Source: the human T2T-CHM13v2.0 reference genome, Homo sapiens
Direction: 5' to 3' (one strand)
Assembly: GCF_009914755.1 (NCBI RefSeq)
Contig: NC_060931.1
DNA: 64,000 nucleotides
Below are positions 1 through 13,689 of the stretch, piece by piece. A program made the position numbers and the translations under genes. The first letter of the stretch is position 1. Every line of letters starts with the position of its first letter. Below the pieces are notes generated by a model. It was not told where the DNA came from, made no database searches, and saw nothing but the letters and a program-made list of their open reading frames with translations.

Positions 1-290
1 TAGTTTCTGGGAGATGCTGATCAAAGAGCAGAAAGTTTCTGTGAAGTTCTGGAGAACTAATGTACAGTATGGTGGCTATAGTAAATGGTACTGTATTATA
101 TACTTGAAATTTGCTAAGAGAGGAGATGTTCTCACTATACACATGCACACAAAGCTAACTACATGAGGTGGTAGATATACCAATTAGCTTGATTGTGATC
201 CTAATTTCACAACATCTACATATATCAAAGCATCATGTTGAACACTGTAAGTACAGAATATTTTTTGTATATCTCAATACAGCTGAGGGA
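1..290 (+). mobile_element. Old LINE-1 (L1MA/L1MB-type) 3' UTR fragment
   Basis: Resembles L1M 3' end blocks (TACTTGAAATTTGCTAAGAGAG; AATTAGCTTGATTGTG; CATATATCAAAGCATCATGTTG). Confidence 0.7.
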
Positions 291-400
291 ATAAAGACAG
301 AAAACAAAATGCAAGAGGCTTGAAAATGGTCAGTGTAATTTGGAAATGAAGGGAAGGTTTTGAAACAGACTCTTTTCATCAAGAGTCCCCAGTGTCCTAG

Positions 401-771
401 TGATATGGTTTGGCTGTGTGACCATCTTGAACTGTAGTTCCCATAATCCCCACATGTCATGAGAGGGACCTAATGGGAAGTAATTGAATCATGGGGGTGG
501 TTACCTCCATGCTGTTCTTGTCACAGTGGATGAGTTCTCACAAGATCAGATGGTTTTATAAGGGATTTTTCCGCTTTTGCTCAGCACTTCTTGTTCTTCT
601 CTTTCTTGCCTCCATGTGAAGAAGGATGTGTTTCTTCCCCTTCCGCCATGATTGTAAGTTTCCGGAGGCCTACCCAGCCATGCAGAACTTTGAGTCAATT
701 AACCCTCTTTCCTTTATAAATTACTCAGTCTTGGGTATTTCTTCATAGCAGCATGAGAATGGACTAATACA
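401..771 (+). mobile_element. THE1 (ERVL-MaLR) solo LTR
   Basis: Starts TGATATGGTTTGGCTGTG, ends GGACTAATACA; exact 5-bp TSD CCTAG at 396-400 and 772-776. Confidence 0.95.
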
Positions 772-851
772 CCTAGATTCAATGTGGTTTTAGCTTGCTT
801 ATCTTGAAGATGATGATGAAACATCTTCTTGCCACTCTAGGCCTATGGCAA

Positions 852-1100
852 AGTGGTTTTCAGGCTGTATTCCCGGGAATCCTATGGTTCCTTGGAGGAT
901 TCCCCATGGAGATCCTTTTGGAGGAAGGGTATGGTTAACCTGGAGAGGCTCTCAACAGTCTTTCCCTCATACTCTTCACCCTTGCAGGCCTCCACTTTAA
1001 TCAGAACACCTCCACTTTTATTGCTTTTATGTATTGACTTTCTCTATTTGCTTTAGCTTGAAGCAGTTACATTGCAACTAACACCAATTTTTAAATCTAG
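852..1100. mobile_element. Probable decayed hAT-Charlie MITE
   Basis: Begins AGTGGTTTTCAGGCTG (Charlie-type terminal inverted repeat, TIR); interior resembles small Charlie MERs; highly diverged. Confidence 0.4.
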
Positions 1101-1959
1101 GCTATGGGAATGGTAGCTCTTGGAATCCAATACAAAAAGCCCTCCCACAACGAGAATGGCCTTAAGGTTAATGACTTGGAGAGTTTCACCTGAGGGGGTA
1201 TGAGCAAAGATTTAGGGAAGCATGTTTCACTTTCCAAAATCATGTCAGCTTTCATGACTAAAAAAGAACAAAACCATTGTGAACACAGAGCACATTAGAA
1301 AAAGAACAAAGTGTGGCAACACCACCAGTGAGATCAGACTGCGTTTAGCCACAGACTCACTGATTGGAGTTTTCTGATGAGGCAGACAGAGTTGTGGAAG
1401 GCTGCCAGGAAATTCTGGACATCAAATTGCTTTTGCTAAGCCAGCCCAGCGGTGTAGTAAAGAGCTGAGGAGTCCCAGGAGAGGGTTGGGAAAGGATCAG
1501 TCTCTGTTTCTTTACCCCTGATGTGGGCCTTTTTCGATTAGGAAGTTGAGTGTAAAGGAAGTTATCGGGGGTGAAATCAACTCAGCAAGAAACCTTTTTA
1601 GACCAAAGCCCAAGGAAAACTAATAAAACCAGTTGGGCTGCTTCATGCTTATCATACGTTGTGCATGTATGTAGATCAACTGGCTTTACGGCAAGCACAA
1701 ACACCCCAAAACAAAATCTCAGTTGTGCAAAAGGATTTCTAAGTCCCCAAAGAATGATGGCTGGGTTCTTTCAAGGAACAATGGCTACATGAAACTCTAG
1801 TACATCAAATATCTGACACACTATTTCTAAATTAATGATTGAAATGAAAAGTTGCTTAAGGTATGAATTGGGGATTATATTCGGCTGGGAGAAACCGAGG
1901 CCCCCAAGGCAGAGCCCTACACAGATGACTGGTTCAATTTTTCTTAGGTAAGAAGCAGT

Positions 1960-2390
1960 CTGTAGCATGCAGCTGTGATCATGGAGTTGTCCTCAGGGAC
2001 ATTGAGATCCAGGTTCTTGGAGTTCTCTTGGCTTTGTTTACCACTGACCAAGATTATTCCCACTTCTCCTCTGGCATCTTCCCCATGTTCTAGGCAAGCA
2101 AAGGGGGCAGATGAAGCATGAAACAGCTGGAGACAGCTGAGTCTGTGCTCCATCTTCTTCCTCTGCTCCTGTCCCCACATTTTAAGGAGATTTTCTGAAA
2201 ACTTCATCCAATGACTTCAGCTTATATAACTTCGCTAGAACTATATCACATGCTATTCCATCTGCACAGGAGGAATGTACGTATTGCCTTCTAGCTGGGT
2301 ATGGTGTTGTCCGCAACAAAGGTGGGACCCATTTCTAAGGAAGAAGGGGAGACAGCATAACAGTTTGACAACCAGCAGTGCCTGCCAGAC
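1960..2390 (-). mobile_element. Old MLT1 (MaLR) LTR remnant
   Basis: CTAGAACTATATCACATGCTATTCCATCTGCACAGGAGG...TAGCTGGG resembles the reverse complement of the MLT1 core. Confidence 0.45.
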
Positions 2391-2468
2391 CTATCAGAAG
2401 ATTCTCTCCTTCTGGCTCCTGGGGATACATCCATACTACCTCCTGGCCTGCTCTATTCCACTCTTTAA

Positions 2469-2842
<374 letters not shown>

Positions 2843-2939
2843 AACAGGTTCTGCTTTCTTTCATGACCTCAGGTTCCTCACTGGAATACCACCCCATGCA
2901 AATTTAGGTAACAGGCACATCTCTTCTCTGGCTAACAGT

Positions 2940-3180
2940 GCTTACAAGTGCAGCTCAGGCTGAGTCACATTGTTGAATTCAGGCCTTTGCAGATGAAGCA
3001 GATGGTGCCAGGCTTGGGAGAACTGATTGGTGACTACTGGGCTTCCTTGAAGGTTTTGCTGTCATAAGGTCAAAGGTGCACCAGTGCTGAGGTCACAGTT
3101 TGTTCACGTGTAGCCATTGTTCTACTGACACAGCTAAGAAGTGACGCACTTCTCACCTCGGTTGTGCTAGAAACTGCTCT
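2940..3180. promoter_or_regulatory. Candidate enhancer (AP-1, DR1, E-box, CRE-like)
   Basis: TGAGTCA 2961-2967; AGGTCA-A-AGGTGC 3067-3079; CACGTG 3105-3110; TGACGCA 3142-3148, all in non-repeat DNA. Confidence 0.4.
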
Positions 3181-4289
3181 TATTAATTTCTTATGAGTTC
3201 TCTGGCTAAATCCCTACAGCAGATGTTGAAAACTTACTCTACCTTCCAGAACTCTGACTGTATTCTTGCCCCCTTCTCAGTCATAGGTGACCTCAAATCT
3301 TACTTTACAAAAAAATTTAAAAAGATGAGGTCATTTGACTTGAGCTATGTCCTTTGCACCCCAGAAATCACTGTATTTTCACCCTTTCTCTTGTTTCATT
3401 TTGATTTTGAGAAATCTAGTCCCTTCTTTGTTCCATTGCTGGGCTCTTCCCATAGCTCTTGACACCATCCCTGATGCCATCCCTCTTACTTCCTTAGTGC
3501 CTTGTGTCACCATCTAGCCCTTTCTTTCTTGCATGTTCAGTCCCTTCATTTCAACGGGTGCCTTCTTATTTGCTTACAGACCATGGCTACTGTGGTCTAG
3601 AGGAAGCTTCTCTCTGTCCTGCTGTCCCGTAAGTTCCTGCTTATTCTCTCCCTCACTCTTTTTTCCAGCAGGTGGCTGCATCCCGGCACCCAAGGGCCAT
3701 CTCCTGATCTCCTGTGGGATGGCCCTCTCCACACAGCATACACGAGCACTCTCTCTCTCTCCCTCTCTCTCTCCCTCTTTAGGTTCTAGTACCCACTCCC
3801 TCCCTTTCACACTTAGGAGTGGTAAGTGCCTAGGAAACAAACACACACACACAAACACACACGAAGGAAATCTAAAAGTTAGCAGCTGCTTGCTCTGACT
3901 TTAGAGATTATGAATGATTTTAAAAAGTATGTTTCTTTATCTTGTATATACTTTTTGATTTTTTTACGCCAACCATGGGTTGTTTCATAATCAGAAAAAG
4001 AACATAAACTTGGATAAATGTCCATCTACTTGGAAAAGCCAAAGAGAGAGAACAGAAGCCAGGAGAAGAGGGCTCAGACTTTGTTCTTTTATAACTCACT
4101 AAATAACATTAGACTGGGCTACTTCATTCATAAAAATCTATAAAATGGGAAACAGACCACTTACTTTCCATACATCCCAGGGCTTTTATGAAGATTTAAT
4201 AAATTAATCTATGTTAGAGCAATTCTTAAATTATCTGTGGGAAGGACTAGTTTGTTTCTTTCCTTTTTTAAAAAATAAATTAAAGTCTG

Positions 4290-4985
<696 letters not shown>

Positions 4986-5334
4986 TATTTCCATTTTACA
5001 TAAGGTCCAATTGTGTACAACATAGTTGATGCGACAAACAACTCACCATGCAAGCTCAAACAAACGAGGTCCCTAGTCACTTGCTTGGAGGTTTTGGCCA
5101 TGTCAAATTGCCATAGAGTTTCTAAATGCTTACTTTCAACTTTCCTAGTTACCTTAACACAGACCGGGAACAATGCACAGACAGGCCTGGGGCTGTGGCC
5201 ACACTCTGAGTGGCATTGCACTAATGCACACATCACAGAAGGTTTCCATAAATAATTTTAAATCAAACGAGATGATTCAGAAACAAAAGGTAAATTTGGT
5301 TGGAATCTTGAAATTATAGCAGTCAGGGTGCGAA

Positions 5335-5470
5335 GAGGTATTGGTGAGAATCCTTGGAATCCCTTGTCCTGCAGATGCGGAAGCTGAGTCTTGGGACATG
5401 TGAGACTTGGGTGCCACATGGGAACTCAGCAGCAAGCTGACACTAAGCCCAGGTCTCCTGTCCCCACCAG
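5335..5470 (-). mobile_element. MIR fragment
   Basis: Core GCAGATGCGGAAGCTGAG...CTAAGCCCAGGTCTCCTG. Confidence 0.55.
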
Positions 5471-6495
5471 GGGTCTTCCCACCATCTGCTGCTAATCAGA
5501 ATCATTTCAGGTCCCCCACGAGGAAGAGCAGGGAAGAGCTCAGTGTAGGGGGAAGGGGGAGGGGGCTTAAATCTACAGCAAAGCTCAATTTCTCCCCGAC
5601 TTTCTAACCTCTCACTACCCCATTAAAACTTAAATGAACAGCTGAGAAATCCAAAATGTTTGAGGAGAGGCAGAGGGGCTTACTTGGATGTAACTGGGAT
5701 TCTGATAATTGGGGGTAATTTACGCTTTCGGGATAAATAAGTTAGTCTCCCTTTGGCACAATTCCATCTGTTCTGTCCCACTCAGAGAGAATGAAATCCA
5801 GGGCTGAGGATGGAAAACGAATTAGTAAGTGACAGGATCCTCCTTCTCTCCTCCCCATCCACTTCTACTTCCCCAGGAGAAAAAAAAGAGAGAGAGAGAG
5901 AGAGACAGAATGGAGATATGGGTGAAGGCCTAGAGAAACAAGAAATCAGGAAACATAGAAGAGGTTTACTCATTTGACTCCTTTTTGTATGGAAATGTAT
6001 TTAGGATTAAATTAGACATGACATTTAGTAGACTCCCAGTGGAAAAATATTTTCTTATGATAGCTGAAGGGGCTCTGGGAAAATGGATGGTGAGAGTCCT
6101 TGATGGAACAGCCTGGCAACCGGGCATGGCCTGGCCAGGCTACGGTGGGAAGATCACGTCACACAAAGCAGTGGCCAAGGGAATTCTGGGCCACCTGCTT
6201 CTTGGTCACCCTGTGCTTACTTTTCTGTAATTGTGAAGGTTTCAGGTTGAGAAGGGAAAGGTGGCATAAGAAGGTGATGTTATCTGACTGAGGATCACCC
6301 CTAGTTCACAACCCTCTCTGGTTGCTCACTGATCCTCCCTGTGGCACACAGGGTGCCCCCAACCTGGACCCAGCTGCCCTGGTGCCTCACTGCTCTCCCC
6401 TCACCTCCCTTCACACCTCTTTCAACCTCCTCTCTTTTGCACATGCTCTTTCTCTATCCTGGAGAGCCTCCCTCATCATTAGCTGCTGAAATCCC

Positions 6496-6667
6496 TTTTT
6501 TTTTTTTTTTTTTTTTTTTTAAGGCAGGGTCTTGCTCTGTTACCCAGGCTGGAGTGCAGTGGTGCAATCACAGCTCATTGCAGCCTCAATGCCCTGGGCT
6601 CAAGTGATCCTCCTGCCTTGGACCCCCAAAGTGCTGGGACTATAGGCATGAGCCACTGTGCCCAGCC
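6496..6667 (-). mobile_element. Alu monomer (collapsed AluJ or FRAM-like)
   Basis: About 150-bp monomer plus T25; left-arm-type 5' end joined to right-arm-type 3' end. Confidence 0.85.
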
Positions 6668-6829
6668 CCCATTCATTGTTGAAGTTCCAGCTGAAACATT
6701 ACTTACTGTGAGAAGCCTAAGCCAAAACAGGCTAAATTAATAGCCCCATCCCACCCCTGGTGCCTACTGAACTGAATGTGTCTTTAGTCCAGCACTTCTA
6801 ATACTGCTTTTAACATTCATTACATACAT

Positions 6830-7030
6830 ACAAGTATCTGTGGAGCACTACTGTGTGTGCCAGGCACAGTGGTAAGGGCTTTACATAACTTTTTAGGATA
6901 ATTCTCACCAGGATCTGTCAACAGCCACCATCACCCCCCTTCTACAGGCAGGAAGTAGGGTCCCTGAGAGACCCAGCAGTTTGCTTAGAGTGATAGGATC
7001 TGTAGAGGAGGGATTTCAACCCAGGGTGCT
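6830..7030 (-). mobile_element. MIR
   Basis: GAGCACTACTGTGTGTGCCAGGCACAGTGGTAAGGGCTTTACAT...GGATTTCAACCCAGG. Confidence 0.65.
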
Positions 7031-7734
7031 TTACTGTTGAGCCTTCTCCCTTCTCCCAGCTAAACTGCCTTAACCACCTCCAGCTCTGTGGATTATCCGC
7101 CTATCTAACTCCATCTGCAGCCCCCACCCTCAGCTGCAGCCTCTTGGGAGTAGAATACCCCCAAGGTTGTCCTCTGGGTCCCCCTTGGCCTCACCCCATA
7201 GAGGGAGCTGGGGATGATCTGTTAACTAATGTCAAATCGATGCTTGAGCTTTCTTATGAAATTGCATGGCAGTAAAACCTTTGGCTCCAAAGACTGTAGC
7301 CAATACTACATGCATAAAAATAGTCTAGCCGTCAGGAAAATCCACAGTTGAGTGTTAGTGGCTAGCACATGATTTCCTTGACACTCAGGGCTTTTGTGGT
7401 TGAAAACAGGGGCTTTTGAGTGCCAGCGGAGCCTTTTTCTTAAAGACTAAACCTAAATAACATCAGTGCTATTCAACACAAGGCTTGAAACTTCTGACAT
7501 CACTTGTTCACCCCTGGTCTGGGCAGCTCTGTGTTAGGTCAAAATCACAACCAAGCAGCTGACACAGCTTCTGCACATCCAGGGGTGCATTTGGGAGCCA
7601 CTGGTTGCCTCTTTCTGTTCCCTCTTGCCCAGGGACAAGCCACAGCTCCCAGACTTTTGAAGTAACTTAAAGAATGGAAATGTGTGCCTAAAAAAAGAAA
7701 TTCAAACAAATGCTTTTTAAAAAAGATTTTTATT

Positions 7735-7760
7735 TGTGTATGTGTGTGTGTGTGTGTGTG
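7735..7760. repeat. (TG)n microsatellite
   Basis: Read directly from the sequence. Confidence 0.95.
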
Positions 7761-8699
7761 ACTATGTGTTTATCTCATCAGCTTTTATTGAGTCTCTTTA
7801 TGCAGGCTTCCTTGGCAAAGAAGTGAAGGTCTTTGAGGCAAGGATTCATGGGGTCCTGGGGCCAGAAGGACCCTCGCCATCAGAAGCAGATTCAAAGATT
7901 CAAAGACCTTACCTCTGAAAGGTATTTCTTGACTATTCTCACACATTTCACTTTCCTCATGATGTTACCGAGCTTTCTCCACCCCAAAATCCCACTGGGA
8001 TTTTAAGTGGAGTTATGTTACATTCATAATTTAATTTGGAGAACTGGCCTCTTGTCAACACTGTGTCTTCCCACTTAAGAACATTGCGTGCCTTTCCATT
8101 TATTCATGTTCCTAAGTCAGATTTTATGTTTGTCTTCATGCAGGACTTTATTTCTTTAACTATTTTTCTCAAGGTTTTGTATTATTGTGGCTGTAGTTGG
8201 GATTAATGTTGAATTTATACATGTACACCCCAACTGCTTTTAAAAAGGGGATTCCCGAAATTAGGAGGATAGACTAAATTCTTGCTTCAGGGTTTCAGTC
8301 TTCATGGCTGTGTGCTTATGGGCAATAGGGGCCTGGTACCTTGCAGGAATTGGGGATCATGAGAGGGATCAGTAATTAGAGGGTCCTTAATCATCAAAGT
8401 CAAGGTAAGTCTGTATCAGGTACTTCCCAAAACTCAGTGCCTTCAACAGTCATTTATTGTTGAGCATACATCTGCAGCTTGGCCTCAGTTCAGCTCATCT
8501 AGTCTGGGCTTGGCTGGCGTCTTCTGCTTTAGGCTGTGGCCGCTGGGGTTGCAATGGGCTTGCTGTGCTTCTCACTTCAGTTCTATGCAAGATGGTACAA
8601 GTGGTCAGGTGGCACTTAGAGTCTCTTAAGTTCTGAACATAGATTTGGTACACGATCACCTCTGCAAGTCACATGGCTGAACTCAAAGCCATGGGGAAG

Positions 8700-9270
8700 T
8701 GTGGTGGCTTTAGCTAAGCTGAAACTGTGTTTCCAAGAATGTCCCTCTCTTTATGGGTGTGAAGTAGGGTTGGCTGAAAGAGAAATTTGCAAAAGATCTG
8801 GAAAGCAGAAGTCAAGCTATGGTCATATCTATGCAGTTGCGATCACCGGCGAGGACCTGCTGGCTCGCCTTGTTGGCACAGGGGCAGCAGTCAGCTCACA
8901 ACCTCCTTTAGCTCCCACCTGGTCTCCTTCAGCTTCCTCAAATCGTGGGTGGTGTTCAAGGGCCACTCCATGGAGAAATGAACGAGCTTTTCTGTCATTC
9001 TGTGTGAATGTTGGAGGCTTGGAGGCAGTGAGACAACCATGTGGCATCTAGCTCATCCTGTGGCCTCTGGTTTACCACTGCTCTTCCTCGCTTCACATCC
9101 AGCTTTCCTTCCTGTCTGCCAGTGCTCGGGTCTAGCACCAGACGCAAGGACAACATCCTGAAATGGGCTGCTTACCCCACTCCCAAGATTACATAAGGTC
9201 TGATCTCTGTAAGAAATCCAGTATGCCCCTCACCATGATTCTGCTTCTTTGATTGAACCCTACCAATGCA
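8700..9270 (+). mobile_element. ERVL-type solo LTR (LTR52-like)
   Basis: TG...CA termini; MLT2/ERVL-type end TTCTGCTTCTTTGATTGAACCCTACCAATGCA; 5-bp TSD GGAAG/GGCAG. Confidence 0.7.
8854..9012 (-). pseudogene. Decayed APOA4-like coding fragment carried inside the LTR (not the APOA4 gene)
   Basis: Minus-strand 8989->8854 translates KLVHFSMEWPLNTTHDLRKLKE-TRWELKEVVS*LLP/ANKASQQV; human APOA4 as recalled reads [46 protein letters not shown]; one stop, one codon deletion, one frameshift. Confidence 0.75.
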
Positions 9271-9521
9271 GGCAGGGAGGTGCACCCAGCCACAGTGAGG
9301 CTAGAGCAAGGGAGCAGTGAATGATGGGAACCAGTACTTCTCTCTACTGTGATTATGACATTGTCCTTACAATGACAGGCATGCATATACAAACCCTTGC
9401 TGAATATTTTTTGTAAGGTTTAAGGCAAATGGGTTTCCAATTCACTTTCAGAACACAGCAGGTCTAATAATCAATAACTCCCACATTGGTTAACTACAGA
9501 TTTACCTCTGCTGCACTGCCC

Positions 9522-9823
9522 TTTTTTTTTTTTTTTTTTTTTTGAGATGGAGTCTTGCTCTATCACCCAGGCTGGAGTGCAGTGGCGCAATCTTGGCTCA
9601 CTGAAAACTCTGTCTCCGGGTTCATGCCATTCTCCTGTCTCAGCCCCCTGAGTAGCTGGGACTATAGGCGCCCGCCACCGTGCCTGGCTAATTTTTTGTG
9701 TTTTTAGTAGAGACGGGGTTTCACTGTGTTAATCAGGATGGTCTCGATCTCCTGACCTGGTGATCCGCCTGCCTCGGCCTCCCAGAGTGCTGGGATTACA
9801 GGCGTGAGCCACCGTGCCTGGCC
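9522..9823 (-). mobile_element. AluY
   Basis: Y diagnostics (TTCATGCCATTCTCC; AGGATGGTCTCGATCTCC); TSD TGCACT(G/A)CCC. Confidence 0.95.
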
Positions 9824-11209
9824 TGCACTACCCATTTTAAGTGATCTGAGTGACCCCTCAAGAGAAGTTGCCAATACTGTATTTCATTATAAAGGGATTT
9901 TTAAAAAGTAGGCTGTCTTTTCCATCAAAGCATTCTAACAAATGCTCTTCCAACAAAATTATGTATAGTAATTAAATTTCTAAGGTCTAAATCCTGACCC
10001 AGTTACTTCAAGGAATATTTGATAGAGTAATAGGGTAGAATAATTAAACAACTCTGGTCTCTTTAGAGTTCTTTTTAACAGGATTTGAGCTTTAGTATAA
10101 ATAATTTCTTCTTTCATTTGCCTACCACCATCCTGGATTTCCCATTTCTGACAGGTCCAAGCTGTGAGCTTAAGTAACACTTTAAATTTGAATTTCCTAA
10201 GAAGTCTTTTGTGCCTTTATTTTTTCTTAAAACAATTTTGGCTTGCTTGGCCTGGGACACTGGCTTTGGGGCTTTGGGAGAGATAAGACACTTCAGTGTT
10301 TTCCTGACAGCTGAACTAAAGAAAACCTCTTACACACACGTCATCTGATTTGTTTCATGTCATTTTGATCACTCCTTCTGACAGTTCCGATCTAATTTTT
10401 CTTTCAAAAAAGGGTATCAATTTCAAGGTTTAGAGTTCTTAGGATTTAGAATCCGTGATTGAAAGAGTGAAATTTAATCTTGAATCAAGGTTAGGGAATA
10501 TGAGCAAGGTTCGCAGGTTTCTTCTCGATAGAAGACTCTTGTGACCACTATTTATTATGGTAATGCTTTGTTATTATAAACCTCCCATGAATAATATTTT
10601 GGGGAACTACCACACAACAAGGCACACATTATAACCCCTGGTTTGGGGGTTGGGTGATATCAACGAACTGAGAAGCACAATTATCTCATGGTTATGCATG
10701 TCTATGAAGTGTGTTAATACTTTTGTTTTTTACAACTTGTAGAATATTTTCATTGTAGGTGAAGCATCAGACACATTTTTATTCAAAGGAAGAGAAATAA
10801 AATGAAAGTTGTGTCTGCTGTGTGTTCTGAATGATACCCTGGTGGCCCCAATCCTCTACGCTGGGGGCTAATTCCCCACTGCGCGTCTCATGGGCGCCAG
10901 GACAGGATACTTTCATGTTTGTGTCATGGTACATGACATCCATGATATCCATGGCACAAAAGGAGTCCTTATTTGGAAATAGTGATCAGCCAGTTTGAAA
11001 AGGAGGGTTTGATGGTGTGCCTGTAGTAGATATTGTTTCAGGTCAATTTAGTCAAACATTTCAGTAAAGTGTAATGTTTGTTTGGTGCCCTAGAAAGTGA
11101 GTTGTCGTGCCGCTGGCATTTGCTTCTTTGCCAGAGGTGTTAAGGCCATGTAGACATGGCTCTAGCGTAGACATCTAGGATGACACTGGGGAAAGCAAGC
11201 AAAACTAGC

Positions 11210-11410
11210 AATGATTAAGTACTTAATAAGTGCCAGGTGGTTTACTTAAGGTATCTCTTTTAATTTTCACGACAGCCTATCAGGCTGATATTACTGTCCG
11301 TGTTTTGCAGAGGTGAGGGAACTTCAGTTCAGATAATTTAAATGAATTGCCTTCATTGTTAGAGATGGCGAAGCAGATATTGAAAGCAGGGTCTGCTTGA
11401 TTCTGTGGCT
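11210..11410 (-). mobile_element. MIR
   Basis: TACTTAATAAGTGCCAGG...TTTTGCAGAGGTGAGGGAAC...CAGGGTCTGCTTGATTC. Confidence 0.55.
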
Positions 11411-11540
11411 TACACACATTTCCATTAAGCCAGCATTTACCCACGTGTGCTTAGAATGAAGTCCTCTGGATGATGTGTAGAAAAGGGAAGGGGAAGGAGG
11501 GACTGTGATCAAATGCATGCCAAAAATGTTAGATTAAAGA

Positions 11541-11627
11541 CCTACTCAGGAGGCTGAGGTGGAAGGATCACTTGAAGACAGGAGTTCGAGACCAGCCTGG
11601 TGTTATAACAAGACCCTATCTGTAAAA
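11541..11627 (+). mobile_element. 5'-truncated Alu monomer (FLAM-like)
   Basis: CTACTCAGGAGGCTGAGGTGGAAGGATCACTTG...GAGTTCGAGACCAGCCTGG. Confidence 0.8.
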
Positions 11628-12099
11628 TATATCCATATATACTTTTAACTTACTGCAGGACCTCTCAGAGCTTTCAATATAACACTATGCAGTATTTCCT
11701 AAATCTGTTTGACCTGCAAATCCCTTTATTCCCAAAAGGAGATAATAATAGTAGGCTCCTCACAAAGCTATTTGCCCCTCAAATGCCAGCCTGATGTTCT
11801 TCCACATCTGCCTGAAACATCCTCAGTAGATGTGTCTGAATTGAACCCGGAAGGAAGCTTTCTTCTTTTTCTTTCTGCCACTTCGGTATGGTTGTGTGGC
11901 CATTTTGCTGTGGAAAGAGAGAGAGTAAGCAAACCTGAATTTGTATCCAAAGCGGGTGGGCATGCAAATCCACTATTTTGCTTGTGTTTTCATTGTGAGT
12001 GTGAGTACTCGTCTGGCCATTTGTGCATGGACAGCATGCCTACTCTCAGTCTTCTGTCCCAAGTTGGTGTGGAAGGTAGGTGCCCACATGGATAATGAT

Positions 12100-12760
12100 G
12101 CTACAATATGATGTCAGTGGTGGCAGAGAGATGCATGCCAGGATGCAGTGGCACCACAGAGGAATGAGGGACTGTATTGGAGAGGGGAAGGAGGAGCAGG
12201 AGAAGAGAGGAGGAGGGAGTGTCTGGGCCTTAGAAATGGGGTAGGATTAAGTCACATGTAGGAGAAAAAGCAGGCACTTTTTGTGAAGGGGACGGCATGA
12301 GACAAGGTCTGGAAAGTGAGGCAGCATGATCTATCTAAGGAAGCAGAAGCAGTTCCAGCAGTGGCTGGAACATGAAGTAAGGGGCGGAGAGTGGTGAGAG
12401 CTCAGGCTGCTGAGATGGATGGAGGTCAGGCCAGCCTTGTAAAACCTTGTATGCTATTGAAGAAATGAGATTTATCCTGTAGTATAATGGATGACTTGGT
12501 GGGGTTTGAAAGAAACACATGTTGGGGCCAGATCTGGGTTTTGACAAGTTCACTCTGAAAAAGACACAGCCCATCTCTAGGCACAACCCCAGATACAAGG
12601 ACGCCAGTTCTGAAGCAGGCAAGGTAAGAGAAGCTGTCACCCGCACTAAGGTGGTGCCAGTGGTGATGGAGGGAAGAAACAAATTTGTTTCATATCTCTA
12701 AGAACAAATCATGATGGGGGATTGAGTGGATTTGAGGAATGGAGAAGAGAGAGAACAATT
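12100..12760 (-). mobile_element. L2 fragment
   Basis: Purine-rich L2 antisense signature (GAGATTTATCCTGTAGTATAATGG; CAGATCTGGGTTTTGACAAGTTCACTCTG). Confidence 0.65.
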
Positions 12761-13689
12761 ACTTCAGCTAGAGCTAGACTGGAAATGAGGGGCACGCCTG
12801 TCCATGTTGATCTTTTGTATTAAAAGGTCTGAGATGATTCCAAATATGAAGTGCCTTTGCTCATATTCTTAGAGTCTTGATCATTTGCTTCCTGCTGAGG
12901 CCTGGAGAAAGTTGCCTGGGCAGCCTGGGACGAGGTCTGAAGTTGGACCTGCATGCTAAATAGTCAACAACTCAACTTGGGATGCAGAAAAGCCACTGAG
13001 TATGATGTAAGACCTGGTCCCAATTTCCACTTGAACCATGTCCTGGCATTGCTACCTTAAACTAGCTTTGCAAGTTTTAATGTCCTCATCTGCCGAACTG
13101 GAGCTAGCCTCTGCTCTGAAGCACACGTGTGAGGGTCATCTGCATTCAGAATTTCTCTCTCTGTGTTGACCAGGATTGATGCAGCTGATCTGTTTACCGC
13201 CACGTGACTCTCCTCTGTGGACCAGAGCTCCCAGTTCCTGCTTGTCTGAGAGGGAGATGGGATAGGAGCCAAACTCAGGGCAGCACCCAGAAGAGTCACA
13301 TTTGGGTTTCCTAAGCTTGGCAGACTATTGGTTCACAATCAATCCAGACTTTCTTGAAAACAAAGGCCCCTTTGCCCCCAACCAGAAGTAAATAACAGGT
13401 TGTGGCAGAAATTCTCTCTCCTTGGCTGATGGTTCTATCATCTCAAATTTGTATCCATTATCTCCTAGGAGAGCTTGCTAAAGGCTGAGCCATATGGGGC
13501 CTACGATGTCCTCGGTAAGATTTCTAAATGAATCTTTAATGCCAGGAGAACCTGGAGTGACCTGTTGTTTCTACAACATGTAAGCACTCCTCTCTAATGA
13601 AGTTGAACATTTCCCTTTCGGGCTTGCTAAATTGTGGAAAATAAATATGAAAGAGCTTTTAAGATGCCTCCTAATCCTAGGGTGCACAA

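Larger units (their letters stand above)
8410..9345 (-). mobile_element. MLT1 (H-like) LTR, split by the LTR at 8700-9270
   Basis: AAGTCACATGGCTGAACTCAAAGCCATGGGG before and GGCAGGGAGGTGCACCCAGCCACAGTGAGG after the insert rejoin into the MLT1 core. Confidence 0.6.

Noticed and set aside
10918-10960. Imperfect 12-bp inverted repeat with internal CATG repeats
   Set aside because: Short and low-complexity; likely a DNA-transposon remnant or slippage product
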